Positions 59,593 to 64,000 of a stretch of 64,000 nucleotides of DNA are shown here, piece by piece; position 1 is the stretch's first letter; each line of letters starts with the position of its first letter. The DNA lies in contig OZ245003.1 in NCBI GenBank assembly GCA_965223425.1, positions 1,792,001 through 1,856,000 of the forward strand, read 5' to 3'. The translations under genes and the position numbers were made by a program. This stretch comes from Nitrosopumilus sp. Its GTDB lineage: Archaea; Thermoproteota; Nitrososphaeria; Nitrososphaerales; Nitrosopumilaceae. A model generated the notes under the pieces. That model did not search any database. It saw nothing but the letters and a program-made list of their open reading frames with translations, and was not told the origin of the DNA.

Positions 59593-59982
59593 GATAATTC
59601 CATTCTGAGGTTATTCAAAATTGTTTCTTTTTAACCACTGAAAAAGACAAAAAATGCTTCAAACTTATGCAGTTAAAAGTTTCATATGACGCTTATCGTC
59701 TTGAAAATATTCGTCTAATTTGCTTGTAGTGCCTCCAAATAGCAAGTTTTTGAACAACAGCCTTTGTGACCTATAGAATGCGATGTTATGCAAACAGGGC
59801 AGATTTTCATGCCAATACCTGAATTGTTTGTATTTCAGATGTAGAATCAAAACAATCATCTCTTTTTACAACTAGCTCAAGTAGACAGACAGACAGACAG
59901 ACAGACATGTTATTTTTGATAAAAACTTGATATTTTTTGTGCGATTTGAGAACGCTAGCGAAGTCTTCGTGAACGGTTCTTC

Positions 59983-60620
59983 TGCTGTGTTGCACAACCA
60001 AATAATTATTCAGTCTACGCTAGACAATGATTCATTGTTCATCAAACACTTGGTTATCATGTGTTCAAACAAATTATACAGCAACGCCTTGATTTCCAAC
60101 TCCTTTACCATGTTGCAGTATTTGGTTGCCATGACATGTTCTCCAAAGAACCGTTTGAATGATAAGAATACACCCTCTATACTCCACCTCTCACCACAAA
60201 TTATGCCAAGATTCCACAGCATCAAATTGTACATTTGTACCAAAACAGATTTTCTTCTTGGATAGCAATCAGTATTTACTGACGATGTCTTGCAAATCTT
60301 GATTGCAGGCAGTATCTCCTTGTCATAATACAGATACGAAAAATTGTCCTTTGAATCACATGCGCCATCGCCTAGAACCTTTGCAATCCTGTTGCCTGTC
60401 TTTTCTGCATTCTCTACCAAAAAGGAAGGTGTTAAGCGTCATGGGAGCACTCATCAGTTACCTTCATGGACAGGATTTTTTTGTCTTGATATCAGCTGTT
60501 ACGTGAATCTTCAGAAATCCTCGTTTTGGTGTCTTTTTCCATTTGTGTCTCATCCATTCCCCTCTGTTTGCAACTTTGATTCCCGTTCTGTCAATTGCAA
60601 TGACAACATCATGCTGAATT
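59983..60620 (-). pseudogene. Degraded IS5-family transposase and right end
   Basis: IAIDRTGIKVANRGEWMRHKW..RGFLKIHV, GDGA.DS..NF, RWSIEGVF..FKR.FGE; frameshifts and deletions. Confidence 0.8.
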
Positions 60621-60683
60621 GACCTTTAGCTTGCGCCAAGATAGAACAGATTTGGGCCATCGGTTCAGTCAGGAAAAAATGTT

Positions 60684-60953
60684 TCAGTCTTTGCCGTAGA
60701 CTGACTTGTGGTCGCATACTCTAAGAAATTCAATCGTGTTGTCACTTCAGTTGACATTGTAGATTATCCTGTACTTTCTGCCTATATCGTATGCAAACAC
60801 TCTCTTGCTCTGCTTGTATTTTCCAAGACGTGCAGGATTTTCAGTGGTGAGTAGTTCCAATACGGCTTCCTCCACTCTTTTTTGTATTTTGGAATCTAGC
60901 CTACCAAATTGTTTGGAAAATACGGGACGTCTATCTGGAATCCATCCAGTCAA
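60684..60953 (-). pseudogene. RelE-like toxin with an internal nonsense codon
   Basis: FSKQFGRLDSKIQKRV...KYRIIYNVN*SDNTIEFLRVCDHKSVYGKD*. Confidence 0.7.
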
Positions 60954-61078
60954 GAGTTATGCAACTCTTCAAGAAATTCTTCAATTGATGATGTTTTTCT
61001 GTCTTTTGATTGATAGAATTCATCAATGTCTTTGATCTCCTCAGGAGTAAGATCATCTACCTCTCTTGTATCGGACAT
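60950..61078 (-). pseudogene. Short antitoxin, frameshifted
   Basis: MSDTREVDDLTPEEIKDIDEFY..., then shifts to SSIEEFLEELHNS*, whose stop overlaps the toxin start. Confidence 0.55.
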
Positions 61079-61124
61079 ATGTCTCATGTATGTTACACTC
61101 TTAAAAAAAGATTAAGAGTCAAGA

Positions 61125-61340
61125 ATTCCTACGAGTTCCCGCCTTATCTTTTTGAGCGCCTTTTTGTGCTTTCTTAGGCGCATAGAGCCCTGTGCAATTC
61201 CCAAGAGATTCCACGCGTCATGCATTATCTTGGCCAGATGTCTTGTCATGGCATCAGAGATTATCGAGTATGTCATACTACGGCATGTCATTGTACGGCA
61301 TCATTACTTGCAGTGATTTGTATCATTATTATTCTTCTTG
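61125..61340 (-). ncRNA. Orphan IS110-right-end-like non-coding element
   Basis: Four collinear motifs shared with 12067-12320; no recombinase adjacent. Confidence 0.35.
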
Positions 61341-61500
61341 AAGATCTGCAAACGTACATGAGAAATGAAGATACTTGTGATCTAAAGATGGATTTGTACA
61401 ATAATTTAGATCAATGGCTAGTCATGCAACACAGCAAAACGTAGATTACACAGAACCCCATGAACAGCTAGTTAAAATTAGATGAGATTTGAATAAAACC

Positions 61501-61632
61501 GTGAAAGCCCGATTTAATGGGAAATGTGTCGAATGCGGAGAGATAATCAAAGTAGGCAAGGAGATTCTAAAAAACTCCAAAGAAAAATGGGTTCATAAAG
61601 CATGTTCTGATTTAGAAGAAGAATTACCATAA
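61501..61632 (+). CDS. Small zinc-binding protein (43 aa; not in the ORF track)
   Basis: MKARFNGKCVECGEIIKVGKEI...WVHKACSD. Confidence 0.7.
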   Translation: MKARFNGKCVECGEIIKVGKEILKNSKEKWVHKACSDLEEELP

Positions 61633-61697
61633 TTACAAACAAAATTGGAACAAATTAGTAACAAGTTTTTTAAGGTACCTGAAAAAAGAAAAGAAAG

Positions 61698-62126
61698 ATG
61701 ATTGCAAAATCAAACATGTTTTTGATGGCCTCGATTATGACGGTGTTTGGAATAATGATGATTCCAAGCAGTATTTCAGCTGAAACTAGTCAAAATATTG
61801 TTACGATAACTCCAATTAATGAAGAAATTAGTTTGCAAAAAACAATAACTACGATGAATGTTCCTCAAGACAACAAACTTCCATGGGGAATAGTCAAAGG
61901 TTCTGCATCAGACTATGTTGAAAGGTATCCAATAATTATTCAATTTTACAAAGGAGAAGAACCAGTTCATTTTAATCAAGTTGATGTAAAAGGAGATGGC
62001 TCTTATGAATACAAATTCAGAGTCACAAGTCTTGATTCAAACACTGGGGAGTTTATCAATATTTTTGAGGGGGGTTATACTGTGAAAATCTTCAGAGTAA
62101 TTCCAAATAATAATGAACTAGTATAA
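61698..62126 (+). CDS. Conserved secreted hypothetical protein
   Basis: Signal peptide; LPWG...YPIIIQFY...GSYEYKFRV. Confidence 0.75.
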   Translation: MIAKSNMFLMASIMTVFGIMMIPSSISAETSQNIVTITPINEEISLQKTITTMNVPQDNKLPWGIVKGSASDYVERYPIIIQFYKGEEPVHFNQVDVKGDGSYEYKFRVTSLDSNTGEFINIFEGGYTVKIFRVIPNNNELV

Positions 62127-62224
62127 AGTTGATAAGGCTAACTTGATGCCCTTTATCTTTGAGTTTACCAAGAATCTAGTTTGCAACTTTGATTCCATAT
62201 CTTTCAGATCTTACAGAACCAAAT

Positions 62225-62827
62225 CAGTAGTTGGGATTGTACCGTTCCAAAACAGCCCACAAATCACCCGGTAGGCGGTGGTGGCCACCTGGCATACACA
62301 TATGCTGCAAACACGCAGATTATCCTGTTTAAAACGCCTGCAAGTGTCACATGGTACCTTTGTCTGCCCACCGTGCGACGCAGGCCTATCCAGATGTTGT
62401 TTAGCACCAGTGACAAGACAAACAAAAGCATCCGTACGGAGGGGTTCCTGCTGGCAGTGCGCGGGCGTATGCTCTTTGCAGACCTGTACCCCGTTTCAAT
62501 CCCCCAACGTTTTTTGTACTGCTCTGGGATGTATTTGACAACGTCCCTTTCGCTCTCGTATGGCAGCGACGTTGCAAATGCGTGGTACCTGTCAAACATG
62601 GTGCCGTCTTTTTTCCTGGCGTTGTCTCTGATCAGAACCAGGTTGAACGTGAACTTTTCGGAGCCGGACTGTATGGTGTACCGGGAGACATCGCCGCGCT
62701 TTCCTTGGGCGTGCTGTACAATGGCGCGCTTGATGCCGGCATTCTTTTTTGCCGGCATGATAAAATGCCTGTGAAGCGATCTGACAGTCTGCATCACGTC
62801 TGTTGCGTAAAACTCCCTGTCAAGAAG
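62225..62827 (-). mobile_element. ISH3-like (IS4 superfamily) element, 3' half, cut by a second IS
   Basis: LLDREFY...FIMPA...FATSL...YKKRWGIETGYR; end begins CAGTAG at 62225. Confidence 0.8.
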
Positions 62828-64000
62828 CAGCTAAGCGAAATCTGCTCTAATTCGGGCCAAATCGGCTACAAAATGCAAACAGATCAATGAGGGTACGACC
62901 CCATGATTTCTGTTGTTGAGACAAAAAACCAGACAGGGCCGCGAACTGTTAAACAATCCACGCATATATGAAGATGTTGCAGACGGCGCCAAAAACATGC
63001 TTGCATGCGCCAACACATCAGACAGGTACAACGCAACGTTTGGACCAGATGATCTGAACTGCGGCATGCTAAAGGCTGCCACCATGATTCTTCTGTAGCA
63101 GATGCGCAAAGGCGAAGGCGCAAAGGCTGCGATACCCCGTCTGACAGGTGGATTGCATCGGCAATCAAGGGATGAGCAGGATGCAATCCAGCACACGCTT
63201 GAAGGCCAGATAGCAAGGCATCTTGAAACCCTCAAAAGACTGGGCAGGGTTCCAAAAAAAGGACTGGACATGGCAATTGACATGCACCTCATACCGCGCT
63301 ATGACAGGGTACCGGGGGCGGAGCTGACACGTTCCAAATACAAGAACGGAACCAAATACTTGAGCGTTACATGAGTCCAGTGCGTAAATGACAAGATGCG
63401 TATCGTTCTTGCCGCATCATACCTGAAGATGCTTGAATCCGTGCCTGATTACGTGGATGCCGTCCTCAAAACCATGGCAGGGATGGGGGCATCAGGATAC
63501 ACCTGGTGTTGCTTGACCGTGAGTTCTTCTCAGTTGATGCGATAAGCAAGCTGCAGGAAAACAACGTAAAGTTTCTGATGCCGTGCAGGAACACGTACAA
63601 CGTGGTGGCCGCCTGCAAGAGTTTGCACAGGGGAAGAGAAGGAAAATCTCAGGGAACGTAATTGAAAACAACCTGGGTTCTGCTGCTGAATATTCCATGA
63701 TAATAACTGACAGAAAAAAGGCCAAAGACTCTGATGACCCAGAGGGAGGTATACATCGGGTTTGCAACAAACCATCCCGCAGTCAGGACTGAGGTCTATG
63801 CCAAAAGATGGGGGATAAAGATGAGTACGGCAAAATCGAGGAGTGCGGGGCCAAGACACGAATCACAGACATGGAATCGCGGATGCTGTGCTTTTACCAT
63901 TCTCTGGTATTGTACAATGAATGGGTGATTGTCAGGGCAATGCTTTCTGACGGCACTGAAAGGCAGTGCCATGACCATGCTGACGTTTAAGGTGCAGCTG
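62828..64000 (+). mobile_element. Degraded ISH3-like element nested in the previous one; runs off the window
   Basis: AIDMHLIPRYD, LDREFFS, FLMPC, GFATN...YAKRWGI in shifting frames with stops. Confidence 0.8.

Overview
A 64-kb chromosomal segment of an ammonia-oxidising archaeon (Nitrososphaerota/Thaumarchaeota, Nitrosopumilaceae-like). The assignment rests on the archaeal 16S-23S operon with no spacer tRNA and no linked 5S, the DnaJ-ferredoxin fusion and typical small conserved genes. Core content: a PHA locus, msrA, hemL, 3-hydroxyacyl-CoA dehydrogenase, and a complete urease cluster (ureABC/ureEFGD) with two DUR3-type urea transporters, an Lrp regulator and a ParB-like protein. The AT-rich backbone is heavily invaded by GC-richer insertion sequences (IS66, IS630 x3, IS110, IS5, ISH3), several nested or gene-disrupting. 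Together with a serpin next to a giant S8 protease, this suggests a host-associated (e.g. sponge) lineage (inference). Strongest leads: (1) a DNA methyltransferase-HNH fusion whose 5' end is put out of frame by a G11 tract (candidate phase variation); (2) two copies of a 16-bp parS-like palindrome bracketing the urease genes, one at the 3' end of the parB-like gene; (3) IS630-family elements that appear to duplicate CG/TG rather than TA; (4) an IS110 non-coding end plus an orphan, recombinase-less homologue (candidate bridge RNAs); (5) an unknown gene paired with a PIN nuclease. All calls come from reading the sequence by eye; no database searches were run.
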